Shown: positions 9,501 to 19,700 of the stretch, piece after piece
Position numbering within the stretch: position 1 is the first letter of the stretch
Layout: each line of letters starts with the position of its first letter
Source: Leidyana gryllorum EB-2025a
Lineage: Eukaryota > Protista > Apicomplexa
Length of the DNA: 54,642 bases
Reading direction: 5' to 3'
NCBI GenBank assembly: GCA_048772705.1
Contig: JBLWGC010000220.1
Location: forward strand, 1 to 54,642
Translations under genes and position numbers: made by a program
The notes under the pieces: model-generated
What the model was told of the DNA's origin: nothing
The model's database searches: none
Seen by the model: the letters and a program-made list of their open reading frames with translations, nothing else

Positions 9501-12500
9501 GGACGCATTCGCTCCTTTCCCGACGGCTCGAGGAACCGCTCCCGCGGTGGGAGATCTCGGGCTGGCCGAAGGCACGCGTTCACACAGCAGGCGGCGAAGC
9601 GAACCATTCATCAGTGATCGTTTCATTGCCTGGAGGTCCATCTCGTCCCGAACACTGTCCTCACTCACTAAGTGGCGAAGGAGTGTCGACAACGATGGGT
9701 TGTGAGCTGTGGATCCCGCATCCTCGTTGCTCCCAACATCTTGTTGCATCTCAGGGGCAGTATGCCCGCTGGTGTGCGGGGCCGAGGCCACGCTCGGGAT
9801 CGTCGTCGTAAGCAAACGCGACAAAGTCTCTTCCCCCCCTGATTCGAGGTGACTCTGCTGAAAACCGGCACCAGCTGAGCAGATTGGCTGCTCAACTACG
9901 TGGACTGGTTTCCCTACAGAGGGGGTGTACTGACCATCAGAAACAGATTGGCCAATGACATTGGGCCCTTCCGGTACATATTGGCCAATGGCATTGGGCC
10001 CTTCGGGTCCATTCTGGCCAATGACATTGGACGCTTCGGGTACATATTGGCCAATGACATTGGGCGCTTCGGGTACATATTGGCCAATGGCATTGGGCCC
10101 TTCGGGTCCATTCTGGCCGATGACATTGGACGCTTCGGGTACATATTGGCCAATGGCATTGGGCCCTTCGGGTCCATTCTGGCCGATGACATTGGACGCT
10201 TCGGGTACATATTGGCCAATGGCATTGGGCCCTTCGGGTCCATTCTGGCCGATGACATTGGACGCTTCGGGTACATATTGGCCAATGACATTGGGCGCTT
10301 CGGGTCCATTCTGGCCGATGACATTAGGCGCTTCGGGTACATATTGGCCAATGGCATTGGGCGCTTCGGGTCCATTCTGGCCGATGACATTAGGCGCTTC
10401 GGGTACATATTGGCCAATGACATTGGGCCCTTCGGGTACATATTGGCCAATGACATTGGGCCCTTTGGGTCCATTCTGGCCGATGACATTAGGCGCTTCG
10501 GGTCCATTCTGGCCAATGACATTGGGCGCTTCGGGTACATATTGGCCAATGACATTAGGCGCTTCGGGTACATATTGGCCAATGACATTGGGCCCTTTGG
10601 GTCCATTCTGGCCGATGACATTAGGCGCTTCGGGTACATATTGGCCAATGACATTGGGCGCTTCGGGTACATATTGGCCAATGGCATTGGGCCCTTCGGG
10701 TACATATTGGCCAATGACATTAGGCGCTTCGGGTCCATTCTGGCCAATGACATTGGGCGCTTCGGGTACATATTGGCCAATGACATTGGGCGCTTCGGGT
10801 ACATATTGGCCAATGGCATTGGGCCCTTCGGGTCCATTCTGGCCAATGACATTGGACGCTTCGGGTACATATTGGCCAATGGCATTGGGCCCTTCGGGTC
10901 CATTCTGGCCGATGACATTGGACGCTTCGGGTACATATTGGCCAATGACATTGGGCGCTTCGGGTCCATTCTGGCCGATGACATTAGGCGCTTCGGGTAC
11001 ATATTGGCCAATGACATTGGGCCCTTCGGGTACATATTGGCCAATGACATTGGGCCCTTTGGGTCCATTCTGGCCGATGACATTAGGCGCTTCGGGTCCA
11101 TTCTGGCCAATGACATTGGGCGCTTCGGGTACATATTGGCCAATGACATTGGGCGCTTCGGGTACATATTGGCCAATGACATTGGGCGCTTCGGGTACAT
11201 ATTGGCCAATGGCATTGGGCCCTTCGGGTCCATTCTGGCCAATGACATTGGACGCTTCGGGTACATATTGGCCAATGGCATTGGGCCCTTCGGGTCCATT
11301 CTGGCCGATGACATTGGACGCTTCGGGTACATATTGGCCAATGACATTGGGCGCTTCGGGTCCATTCTGGCCGATGACATTAGGCGCTTCGGGTACATAT
11401 TGGCCAATGACATTGGGCCCTTCGGGTACATATTGGCCAATGACATTGGGCGCTTCGGGTACATATTGGCCAATGACATTAGGCGCTTCGGGTACATATT
11501 GGCCAATGACATTGGGCCCTTTGGGTCCATTCTGGCCGATGACATTAGGCGCTTCGGGTACATATTGGCCAATGACATTGGGCGCTTCGGGTACATATTG
11601 GCCAATGGCATTGGGCCCTTCGGGTACATATTGGCCAATGACATTAGGCGCTTCGGGCCCATTCTGGCCAATGACATTGGGCGCTTCGGGTACATATTGG
11701 CCAATGACATTGGGCGCTTCGGGTACATATTGGCCAATCGCATTGGGCCCTTCGGGTACATATTGGCCAATGACATTAAGCGCTTCGGGTCCATTCTGGC
11801 CAATGACATTGGGCGCTTCGGGTACATATTGGCCAATGACATTGGGCGCTTCGGGTACATATTGGCCAATGGCATTGGGCCCTTCGGGTACATATTGGCC
11901 AATGACATTGGGCGCTTCGGGTCCATTCTGGCCGATGACATTAGGCGCTTCGGGTACATATTGGCCAATGACATTGGGCGCTTCGGGTACATATTGGCCA
12001 ATGGCATTGGGCCCTTCGGGTACATATTGGCCAAGGGCATTGGGCGCTTCGGGTCCATTCTGGCCGATGACATTAGGCGCTTCGGGTACATATTGGCCAA
12101 TGACATTGGGCGCTTCGGGTACATATTGGCCAATGACATTGGGCCCTTCGGGTCCATTCTGGCCGATGACATTAGGCGCTTCGGGTACATATTGGCCAAT
12201 GACATTGGGCGCTTCGGGTACATATTGGCCAATGACATTGGGCCCTTCGGGTACATATTGGCCAATGACATTAGGCGCTTCGGGTCCATTCTGGCCAATG
12301 ACATTGGGCGCTTCGGGTACATATTGGCCAATGACATTGGGCGCTTCGGGTACATATTGGCCAATGGCATTGGGCCCTTCGGGTACATATTGGCCAATGA
12401 CATTGGGCGCTTCGGGTCCATTCTGGCCGATGACATTAGGCGCTTCGGGTACATATTGGCCAATGACATTGGGCCCTTCGGGTACATATTGGCCAATGGC

Positions 12501-13310
12501 ATTGGGCCCTTCGGGTACATATTGGCCAATGACATTGGGCCCTTCGGGTACATATTGGCCAATGACATTGGGCCCTTCGGGTACATGTTGGCCAATGACA
12601 TTGGGCCCTTCGGGTCCATTCTGGCCAATGACATTAGGCGCTTCGGGTCCATTATTCTGGCCAATGGCATTGGGCCCTTCGGGTACATATTGGCCAAAGG
12701 CATTGGGCGCTTCGGGTACATATTGGCCAATGACATTGGGCGCTTCGGGTACATATTGGCCAATGGCATTGGACGCATTGTTGGCACATGGAAGATGAAT
12801 GGCGTCATATGAACTCGGGGAGAAAGCTCTTTGAGGGGCAACGGGACTGGGGGTCCCCCATATATCAAGCGATCCCCCGGCTTCTCCAAATACTCCAGAG
12901 AGACTGTCTTGCCGAGCGTCGAGTCCACGAAGTGAAGCGTCGACTCCGAGAAATGACTCTGCCTCTCGTACAATCCACTGTTCGAGCTCTTCCAGACCAC
13001 TGAGTTCACCAACTGGAGCCCCATTGTCGCCACCAGCAGTGACACGGGATTCCAGAGCTGCTTCGGTCATTTGTGGCTGCGAAGCTGGCTGCAGTGGCCC
13101 TAGCAGTAATGATTGTTCCACAGGTTGGCCGATGACATTGGGCATTAACAAGTGTCCATCCTCCACATCGAGCTCCTCGTTCAACAAACCCTCTTCAGAG
13201 GCCAAACCCAAAAGTTCACTCTCCCAAAATGGCACTGTAGAGGCCAGTATGCAAGGCAATGCCCATTTCTTTCGGTGATGGGCACAACGAACGCGGGCAC
13301 AGACCACCAT
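6525..13310 (-). CDS. Orphan repeat protein, leader-family gene 2 (family A), ~2261 aa
   Basis: The ORF track start (13487) is GTG; the first in-frame ATG at 13310 gives MVVCARVRCAHHRKKWALPCILAS, matching the leader of the neighbours. Contains an 11-aa repeat array, a family A domain, a bipartite NLS-like stretch and a second diverged family A domain. Confidence 0.85.
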   Translation of the reverse strand: MVVCARVRCAHHRKKWALPCILASTVPFWESELLGLASEEGLLNEELDVEDGHLLMPNVIGQPVEQSLLLGPLQPASQPQMTEAALESRVTAGGDNGAPVGELSGLEELEQWIVREAESFLGVDASLRGLDARQDSLSGVFGEAGGSLDIWGTPSPVAPQRAFSPSSYDAIHLPCANNASNAIGQYVPEAPNVIGQYVPEAPNAFGQYVPEGPNAIGQNNGPEAPNVIGQNGPEGPNVIGQHVPEGPNVIGQYVPEGPNVIGQYVPEGPNAIGQYVPEGPNVIGQYVPEAPNVIGQNGPEAPNVIGQYVPEGPNAIGQYVPEAPNVIGQYVPEAPNVIGQNGPEAPNVIGQYVPEGPNVIGQYVPEAPNVIGQYVPEAPNVIGQNGPEGPNVIGQYVPEAPNVIGQYVPEAPNVIGQNGPEAPNALGQYVPEGPNAIGQYVPEAPNVIGQYVPEAPNVIGQNGPEAPNVIGQYVPEGPNAIGQYVPEAPNVIGQYVPEAPNVIGQNGPEALNVIGQYVPEGPNAIGQYVPEAPNVIGQYVPEAPNVIGQNGPEAPNVIGQYVPEGPNAIGQYVPEAPNVIGQYVPEAPNVIGQNGPKGPNVIGQYVPEAPNVIGQYVPEAPNVIGQYVPEGPNVIGQYVPEAPNVIGQNGPEAPNVIGQYVPEASNVIGQNGPEGPNAIGQYVPEASNVIGQNGPEGPNAIGQYVPEAPNVIGQYVPEAPNVIGQYVPEAPNVIGQNGPEAPNVIGQNGPKGPNVIGQYVPEGPNVIGQYVPEAPNVIGQNGPEAPNVIGQYVPEASNVIGQNGPEGPNAIGQYVPEASNVIGQNGPEGPNAIGQYVPEAPNVIGQYVPEAPNVIGQNGPEAPNVIGQYVPEGPNAIGQYVPEAPNVIGQYVPEAPNVIGQNGPKGPNVIGQYVPEAPNVIGQYVPEAPNVIGQNGPEAPNVIGQNGPKGPNVIGQYVPEGPNVIGQYVPEAPNVIGQNGPEAPNAIGQYVPEAPNVIGQNGPEAPNVIGQYVPEASNVIGQNGPEGPNAIGQYVPEASNVIGQNGPEGPNAIGQYVPEASNVIGQNGPEGPNAIGQYVPEAPNVIGQYVPEASNVIGQNGPEGPNAIGQYVPEGPNVIGQSVSDGQYTPSVGKPVHVVEQPICSAGAGFQQSHLESGGEETLSRLLTTTIPSVASAPHTSGHTAPEMQQDVGSNEDAGSTAHNPSLSTLLRHLVSEDSVRDEMDLQAMKRSLMNGSLRRLLCERVPSASPRSPTAGAVPRAVGKGANASKAQQVPQLLMSPATLSPNAKGLSMRLSQQDLYSVIQQNSPNTAVASTARSRGDKSAAPEVMSGDGVEASPTRAFSPEEHIPMCMKRLRGVYGDWLRYVFCVRLYTLGTRWPRHEYHRLRKIFFMANTASVVDNLLRLHVPSASMPFHPRGSWSAWTKLGVPVRLIKNRRESRHNIEIDLEELKHWTPEVATALVSQNCNLVDVDDDSSALPQAFRAKVNELAEKFKYEFKRFWLLRLSPMLDRVLQGKCTHWSEILQPVWQLLASNPRFQDLGPFLYSLMYGWWLCDPAPTVVGGAARSHSIWCTEDHHYIADRFLVDSQREKGFIIFLRKHPKRSMGEEASVSAMIEAQARLGRALEAFEKGAECPETYLDEFVPFIFWKRGRPQSAARKRRNANGSQGHSKRQRNSPPTATDLPQPSRPVDNWNSQPPQDPRIPLSLCMRPPLEHLKCILEGWRGSAEATYVATTVSAAVEPLGPILTRAHLNQLSHTVLRLIETNSMCRKFAFQLWFWLNTIFVDFNDPRLPEPGCAPAVEGSHLSICAMWSDPETFSQLQVVPHTSIHNPRLTYALYGTEQHTDGAPIKDMATSRFFDLYGIGDAKEVMNLIRKADLNLPMEAKKALLTRVIPGMNWKEENLVENPSDWRPTAPCVEAVGTRQAWLPQFANNLHKTTADERVKDRFRRVLTGGRIGHLDENRVEMVVKISDLWKEPSLYNLTNLPFRNDVLLNIDRLEATGDPEYVKISVSVTTVRNWSSKLPWRNLPDAFPSFPNGCPVEMLFFPIQVREQLLRLATRHFADCFNFWNESRQYLTHWISPQGRLEHVAPVFGILAGYPNLHPLAFSLYRWLSELVYEDLFKSLRPPFVHKPVFKYLYWRLAGKRKIIFTAPLPGGPPHFPDIYFVRDIGDRQLNLRHLAKYEVQELPLSQEQKEMIQAAHDQIIGGQAKDWQALETLIPQVKWVAPPSDADAESLTIPETVSGAETAAVTTIAIIS
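9947..12776. repeat. Coding minisatellite, ~85 x 33 bp (consensus ttcgggtacatattggccaatgacattgggcgc; peptide PE[AG]PN[VA]IGQ[YV/NG])
   Basis: Directly visible tandem array; one 36-bp unit near 12650 (GQNNG). Confidence 0.97.
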
Positions 13311-13642
13311 AACAGTCAAAAAAAACTCACCGACGGAGTTTAAGGCACCAGGAGGAGTCCACAAGTGGTGGGTGATACCCGATCGCCATCTGTGCTCTTG
13401 GTACAAGTGTGTGCAGCACGACGAGACACGCAAATGACATTGATAGTGAAAAGGCGGAATCGATTGGTCTCTTCGCAAGAGAGCCACTGGTCACTGGTTG
13501 ATGTATGGTGTTGGACACATGGACAATTTACATACAGATTCAAGAGTGATCTGACACCCACTGACGTATCAAAATGATGCGTGTTGCAGAGTTTGAATTG
13601 CCTCAATCTGACTTTAGAAGTGGCTGTGCCCCTGGACTTACG

Positions 13643-15277
13643 CTAATCTGAGGAGACTTTCTTTGATGGCACGATGGGTGTGCGTTTTGTTTTGTGCTGG
13701 GCGCTTGACGACTTTGGTGTCTCCTTGAGCTGGAGATAGGCTCTACCTGGTTGGGAGGATTTCGTCGACCAAATTCTTCTTCTGAGCGCTGGTGAAACGG
13801 TTCCGATTGCTCGCTGCAAGGCACTCTCTCCATCGATCATCAAGCGTCTACGGGCAGCGGATGCTCGTTCCTTCCGTCGCATGATCGATTCAAGTCGTAT
13901 GGTCGTTGTGTATTCTGGTTCTGCTTCACCAAGCTTCGTGATAGATAGTTGGCGGTCACCACATTCAGTGGGTTCAGAAAGATTGATGAGTCTGTGGACG
14001 GTATCGCGGATGAGGTGCTGACGTCGCACGCGATGGCGCAGGACTCGATGCACTTCCTTCCAGACGTCAAGGGAAAGTGTTGGGGCTTCGAACTCATAAG
14101 AATATGATACCGATGGGTCTTCTGCAGGCCAGAGACGGCGGATCCAGTGGGAAGACCCCGCAGCGCGGGACAGTGAGTATCTCTGTGATCTGTCGAGCCT
14201 CCCGATGCATTCCCCGTCGCCTAAATCGCCCAGTCTCTGCATCCAGCTTTCCACGTGAGAGGGTTTTGCTACAATTGTCAGTGTGTCCTGTGTGGAGGAG
14301 ACTCCCGGGTCCGCCTCTAAATCTGTAATGACGTTGATCCGTCCTCCCTTCACCGAATCTGGAATCAGATTGTGGTTCAGAAGCGTGCGAATGAAGTCAC
14401 GAATGCTCTCGTACACAGCCTCACCCTTCTGCCAGTCGAAGGGGTCGCTCCTCCATTGTCTCGTCAACATCGGTGCCCTACTCAGGTCGACCAGCCATCG
14501 GCTTCTGTAGGCTTGGCCGAGAACGTTGCCCAATGTGGGTATGGCCGGGGCGGTTACGACCTCATCGACTCCTCGTCGTCGTCGTCCCACAAACAAGATG
14601 GCCTTAGACTCGTAATCCTCCGGCCTGCACATCTTCCAGTTGCAATCGTCGCTCTGACAACCCTCTCGTTGCACCAACACTGCATCCTGATCTGCAGAGG
14701 GGCCCTCCAAGGAGTATAGTTGGAAGTGGACAGCTCCGTGATGGTGCGGACTGGAAGAAGGATCGGTCTCTCGAAGAGGGTCTTCTTTGCGGATGTACGA
14801 CAGCCCTTCCGGCCCGAGACGCTCAAACTGGAGCTCACTGCTCCCCAGGAGGGCTTGGAGCAGAATCATGTTGCGCGAACCTGTTGGAACGTCGGGAGTC
14901 TGCAAATCAGACTGGGCGCAGTCGGTGGCCATAGTACTGATGTCTTCAGAAGACTCAAATGCTGCTGCGAGACAACGCGGAAGCACAGTCTGACAATTTC
15001 TGGGGAACCGTTCCCACAAATTAGCAATTCGCATCCTCAGGCGATAGGTGGCGGGTGGGCGGCGCGCGATCCATCGGCGAAATCGTTCTGCCAGATTTGT
15101 CGCGAATGAGGGCTCTCGCTCATTGTCAGTCGGCAGAAGGTTGGTCTGCTCGGTATCCGAGTCTAACAATGCGTATTGTTGCCATCCGTTCCCCGCGACC
15201 AGGCACGGGAGGACCACTGCGATGCAGGACACGTGTGTGGAGGAATGGTGGTCAGGTGGGAACCGTGCGATTCGCAT
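13643..15277 (-). CDS. Orphan protein, leader-family gene 3 (family B, divergent), ~544 aa
   Basis: First ATG at 15277 (MRIARFPP...VVLPCLVAG). Contains NLIPDSVKGGRINVIT...TLTIVAKPSHVESW...ECIG, matching the family B core; basic C-terminal tail. Confidence 0.75.
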   Translation of the reverse strand: MRIARFPPDHHSSTHVSCIAVVLPCLVAGNGWQQYALLDSDTEQTNLLPTDNEREPSFATNLAERFRRWIARRPPATYRLRMRIANLWERFPRNCQTVLPRCLAAAFESSEDISTMATDCAQSDLQTPDVPTGSRNMILLQALLGSSELQFERLGPEGLSYIRKEDPLRETDPSSSPHHHGAVHFQLYSLEGPSADQDAVLVQREGCQSDDCNWKMCRPEDYESKAILFVGRRRRGVDEVVTAPAIPTLGNVLGQAYRSRWLVDLSRAPMLTRQWRSDPFDWQKGEAVYESIRDFIRTLLNHNLIPDSVKGGRINVITDLEADPGVSSTQDTLTIVAKPSHVESWMQRLGDLGDGECIGRLDRSQRYSLSRAAGSSHWIRRLWPAEDPSVSYSYEFEAPTLSLDVWKEVHRVLRHRVRRQHLIRDTVHRLINLSEPTECGDRQLSITKLGEAEPEYTTTIRLESIMRRKERASAARRRLMIDGESALQRAIGTVSPALRRRIWSTKSSQPGRAYLQLKETPKSSSAQHKTKRTPIVPSKKVSSD

Positions 15278-16591
15278 TTTTTTGGGAAATCTTTGGCTGT
15301 GGTCGTCGTTTACGACAGCCAAAAGTCACTCGAATGAATCAGTTTCCTATACTTATCGAATACACAAATCTGACTCTGAGGATGGAAGCTTGAAGTCTAT
15401 GTCGGACACTATCTCGGTCCACTCGAAGGTGGTGTCTCGGGTGGGGACAGCCCTACAAGTGCACTTAACCTTGTGATGATGAACAGTCTGATCATTAGTT
15501 CGTTCTCTTCGACTCGAAACCGCTTCCAGCACAACCTCCTCGACCCTATCGACGGGGGAGTCACTTCGTTCTTGTAATTCTTCTCCGATTGTCACCAGGT
15601 GCCTACTTAGGCGGGGCCACAGTGTTGGGGACACAGGGGCGCCTCGCAGGATAAAAGAGCACTTGTTACCACCAGAAGATCGCACCTGCACTTGTCGGTT
15701 CTCATTCCAACGGCCGGGAGACTGCCAATAGGTTCCCATACTACCGATAAACTCATGGTTCAACCCGGTTCGCAAGCAGCTGTCGAAACTGCCCCGTGTC
15801 CTTGAAATGACAAGTGTTGGCTCGAGAGGGTTTCTCGGCGCATCGGGCTCAAACGATGGCATTGTTGAAATCTCAATAGTTCCTTCTGTCTGCATCTTTT
15901 CGGGAACGATTAATCCTCCCGCGAATGCGACCTGCAGCAGAAAGAGGGTCAGATCACCGCCCACCTCGGGGGGTGGTGGGCAGCGGGAAGAATCGTTATC
16001 CCACATCACAGCCCGACACAACTTGGTGTCGACCTCGTAATCGGCCCCGAATCCTCGGTTTACCCGCACTTTCCACCGGCTGCGAAACATCGAAGACAGC
16101 AGACGATCAAAGGTTGGGGCCTTAGGCACACAACTGCTGCTCGAAGCAGTCGATGAGGTGGGAGGGGAAACGACTACGTCTGGTGCCATAAACCTTCGGA
16201 ACCCCATGTACAGCACTGTCTCATTTGCTGCTGTTTGTAACGCAACTGCCTCCTGAGCATCAGTAGAAGTAGGGTAGAGGAAAGCGGGTTGGGCCTCTGC
16301 CGAGCTCGACAATTGCCATCCGCCTCCCTGCGCAGCTGTTACTGACACCCCTCGTTGCCTCAACAGATTAGCAATGGAGGAACTGATACCCTCCTCGCTG
16401 GAGGGGACATCAACACTTGGGCCGCCGGCCGCTCTGATTGTCTCCGTCGCCGCCCCACTGGGCACTGACTCGACCTCTGTCGGTGACAGTGAGCTCTCCT
16501 CTGCGTTTGTGGAAGCAGTGCTTTCGGACTGCGTGACCGATTCGGCTGCGGGTGGTCGGAAGAATCCTCGCATAACATCCGCAATGGTCTC

Positions 16592-16770
16592 TGAGCGGTC
16601 AGGCGCAGTGAGGCAAAACGCGAAGGCAATGTTATGTCGCCGACATCCTTTTAGTCTTTTGTAAATAGATCAGAGCTAGTTGATAACTAATGAGCGACAC
16701 GCCTATGTTGAGTAAGCCTATAGGAACCCCCGCAGCCTCGGAGGTTAACGTGAGCCATTCACACGGCTCA
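16592..16770 (+). repeat. 5' LTR (179 bp)
   Basis: TGAGCGGT...ACGGCTCA with an imperfect terminal inverted repeat; identical by eye to 21343-21521. Confidence 0.96.
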
Positions 16771-19700
16771 GCTGGGGGCTGTTCTGGGAACCACGAGGCT
16801 GTGCTGTTGGAGTTCCTAGCTAACGACGAGAGGTTCCCCCGAGAACCACATGAGGACGACGTGGTGGAACAGCTCAATCGGAGAGCCAAGTTCCTCAACT
16901 TCCTCAACCTCGCTCCATTCGACCCGCCCAACGAGAGAGCGTTCGAAGACTGGGTCGACGCAGCGGCGGCGCAAATCAAGAGATTCGGACTCTGCTCCGA
17001 ACTCTTCAGAGATGCCTGGGCTCTGGTGGCAACGCCGAATGTAGCGGCAACCCTCCGTAGCCTACCGGCGGGACTCCAGTACGAGGAGATGGTCGAGAGA
17101 GTGGCGAAGAGACACTTCCGCCACTCCGACTACGTAGAGGAGCTCGAGTTAGAGATCGCTGCGGGAAAGAGAGCGGGGACAGTGCCGGATGCGGTGGCGT
17201 GGATGCGTTCGGTCTGCAGGAGATTCGTCCGAGTGAGAGACCGTCGCCAACACGACTCCCTGCTCACCGAGGGAAGGTTGCGGATGCTCTTCAAGAGAAG
17301 TTTACCCCTCGATGTGCTCGAGAGATTAAGCTATATGCCCAACCTCGACTCGCTCACGGCCTTAATGGACGGGGCTGAGTTCGCCGAAGCTGAGTGTGCT
17401 AAGAAGAGAGCGCGGACGGGTGTCCCGCTGTTTACGGCAGAGCCTCCGGCGACTGATGAGTCGATGGAAGAGAAAACGGCGGAGCCGCCCAAGGCGCCGG
17501 CCGATACCCCCAAGAAGGAGGTGGAGAAGCCTCCCTGCTTCAGGTGTGGGTTGAAGGGTCACCACTCGAAGGACTGCGAGTACAAGGAGAAAAAGTGCGA
17601 GCATTGCGACAAGAAAGGTCACGCCGCGACCACGTGTAGGGCGCTAGTAAAGCGCGATCCGAAGTCGCAGAGGATCAAGCTTCGTGTAATGGAGACCCGG
17701 GCAGGTCACGTGCTTCAGTCTAAGGAGCCGTATTCAGCCGAAGAGAAGATCGTAAGCGCGGAAGAGCTGTTGGAGATCTTGCGAAGTCGAGCAGCGAAAG
17801 TTAGAGAGCGTAAAGCGAAGCATTACCGAGAGCTCAAGGAGGCCGCCAAGAAGAAAGCAGCGGAAGAGGAGAAAGCGGACGCCAAGGTGTGCGAGGCCGA
17901 GGACTCGTCGAGCGAGACCGACGATGAAGGAGTCCTCGAGGAGACCTGCCGCCTGCTCAAAGATTACCTTGGCGAGAGAGAGGTGTATCGCTGCTCGCCG
18001 AACGGGTTCGGAAAGGCTTTCCGGATGCCCGTAAAGATCAACGGAGTAGAGTTCGAGGCGATAGTCGACACAGGAGCGGCTTTCAGTGTCTGCGGGCCTT
18101 CGTTGCGTAAGAAGTTCGGGTTAAGGGCTACCGGTGATACGGTAAACTTCGCCGGGCTGGGTACCGCGAGGGGCCGGAAGCTCGAACCTGTAAAGTTGGA
18201 GATTGGAGGGGTTGGCTTTGAGCAATCGTTTTGGGTAGTCGAGACGCATCATGACCAGTTACTAGTAGGTATGGACGCGTTGAAGACCAGCGGGCTGTTG
18301 CTGGACCCTCTCGAGGGCCAGTTACTGCCTAGGAGGGTCGAGGCGCTGATGGTTGAGCTTACGGAGGAAGAGAAGCGAGCCAATGCGGCTAAAGACGTCG
18401 TTACAGGCTACGAGATAGGGGCTACCGACGAAGAAAAGAAAGCCGAGGCTCGAGCTACGTTTCATGCGATCACGAGTCACTTGAGTCCGGAGAGGGTCTC
18501 TGAGCTGTGGGACATCTGGTGGGAGTATAAAGATGCCTGGCTGGACCCGGTGCCGGGGCGAGTTAAGGTCAGCACCGCCAGCTTCGAGGTTTACGGGAAG
18601 CCGTATAGGGCAAGGTTGAGACCGCTGACCGCGGAGTTGAAGGAGGAGTTAGATAAGCAACTCCAGAGTATGCTCAAGGCTGGTGTAATCAGGCCGAGTA
18701 AGAGCCCGTGGGGTGCAAGCCCCTTATTTGTAAAGAAGAAGACTGGGGAGTGGCGGATTGTAGTAGATTACCGCCCTCTCAACGCGCAGATGGTACCGGA
18801 CGCGTACCCCCTGCCTCACGTGTGGGACCTGTGCCAATTGGCAGCCGGGCACGAGTGGTACTCGGCTCTAGATTGCGCCAACGGTTTCTGGAACGTAAGG
18901 CTAGAGGAGGGGAGTATGCCGTACACCGCGATGATCACCCACGCTGGCACTTACGAGTACACGGTGCTCCCGTTCGGAGTGCGTAATTCTCCGAGCGAGT
19001 GTCAACGCGCGTTAGATCTAGCCTTCGGTTCCGTCCGTTGCGCGACGAGGTACATTGACGATATCACCATTTGGGGTGACACGAAGGAGGAACACGACGC
19101 GACGCTGCGAGAGGTACTGGCGGCGGCGAGGGAAGCAGGGTTCTTCTTCAAGCTCAAGAAGACGGAGCTGTACAGGCGAGAGGTCAACATGCTAGGGTTT
19201 AGAGTAAGTCGGGAAGGCATCAGGCCGAGTCCGAAGAAGGTGCAGGGGATCGTAAACGCACCTGCACCCACGAATTTGAGAGAGCTACGGGAGTTCTTGG
19301 GGATGAGTAGCTACTTGAGAAAGTTCGTGCAGGATTACAGCACGATCGCGGAGCCACTGACGTCTCTCACCAAGCAGAGTCACCCCTTCGAGTGGGGTCC
19401 CGAGCAGCAACGAGCGTTCGCGCTAGTTAAGAAGGGAATCGCCGAAGCGGCCTTACTGGCCTATCCTAAGGGCCCTGGGCTGTTCGTGATTAACACGGAT
19501 GCCTGTAAGAAAGGGGTCGGGGCGGTGCTGATGCAAGCCCAGGAGGGGACGCTGGTGACCCTGGAATATGCTAGTAAGAAGTTGACTGACGCGGAGACCA
19601 GGTGGAGCACGTCGGAACAGGAAGCATTCGCAGTGGTGTGGGCTGTAAAGAAGTTCCACGACTACATCCGCACCCGCAAGACCTTCGTAATTACGGACCA

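Noticed and set aside
9947-12776. CRISPR-like appearance (33-bp palindromic repeats)
   Set aside because: No unique spacers, no cas genes, eukaryotic context, and the array is in-frame coding.
9900-13045. Three extra ~950-1040 aa ORFs (9900-12812 +, 9955-12798 +, 9914-13045 -) over the repeat
   Set aside because: They begin and end with the array; a stop-free 33-bp unit opens frames automatically. Only the gene 2 frame continues into unique sequence on both sides.
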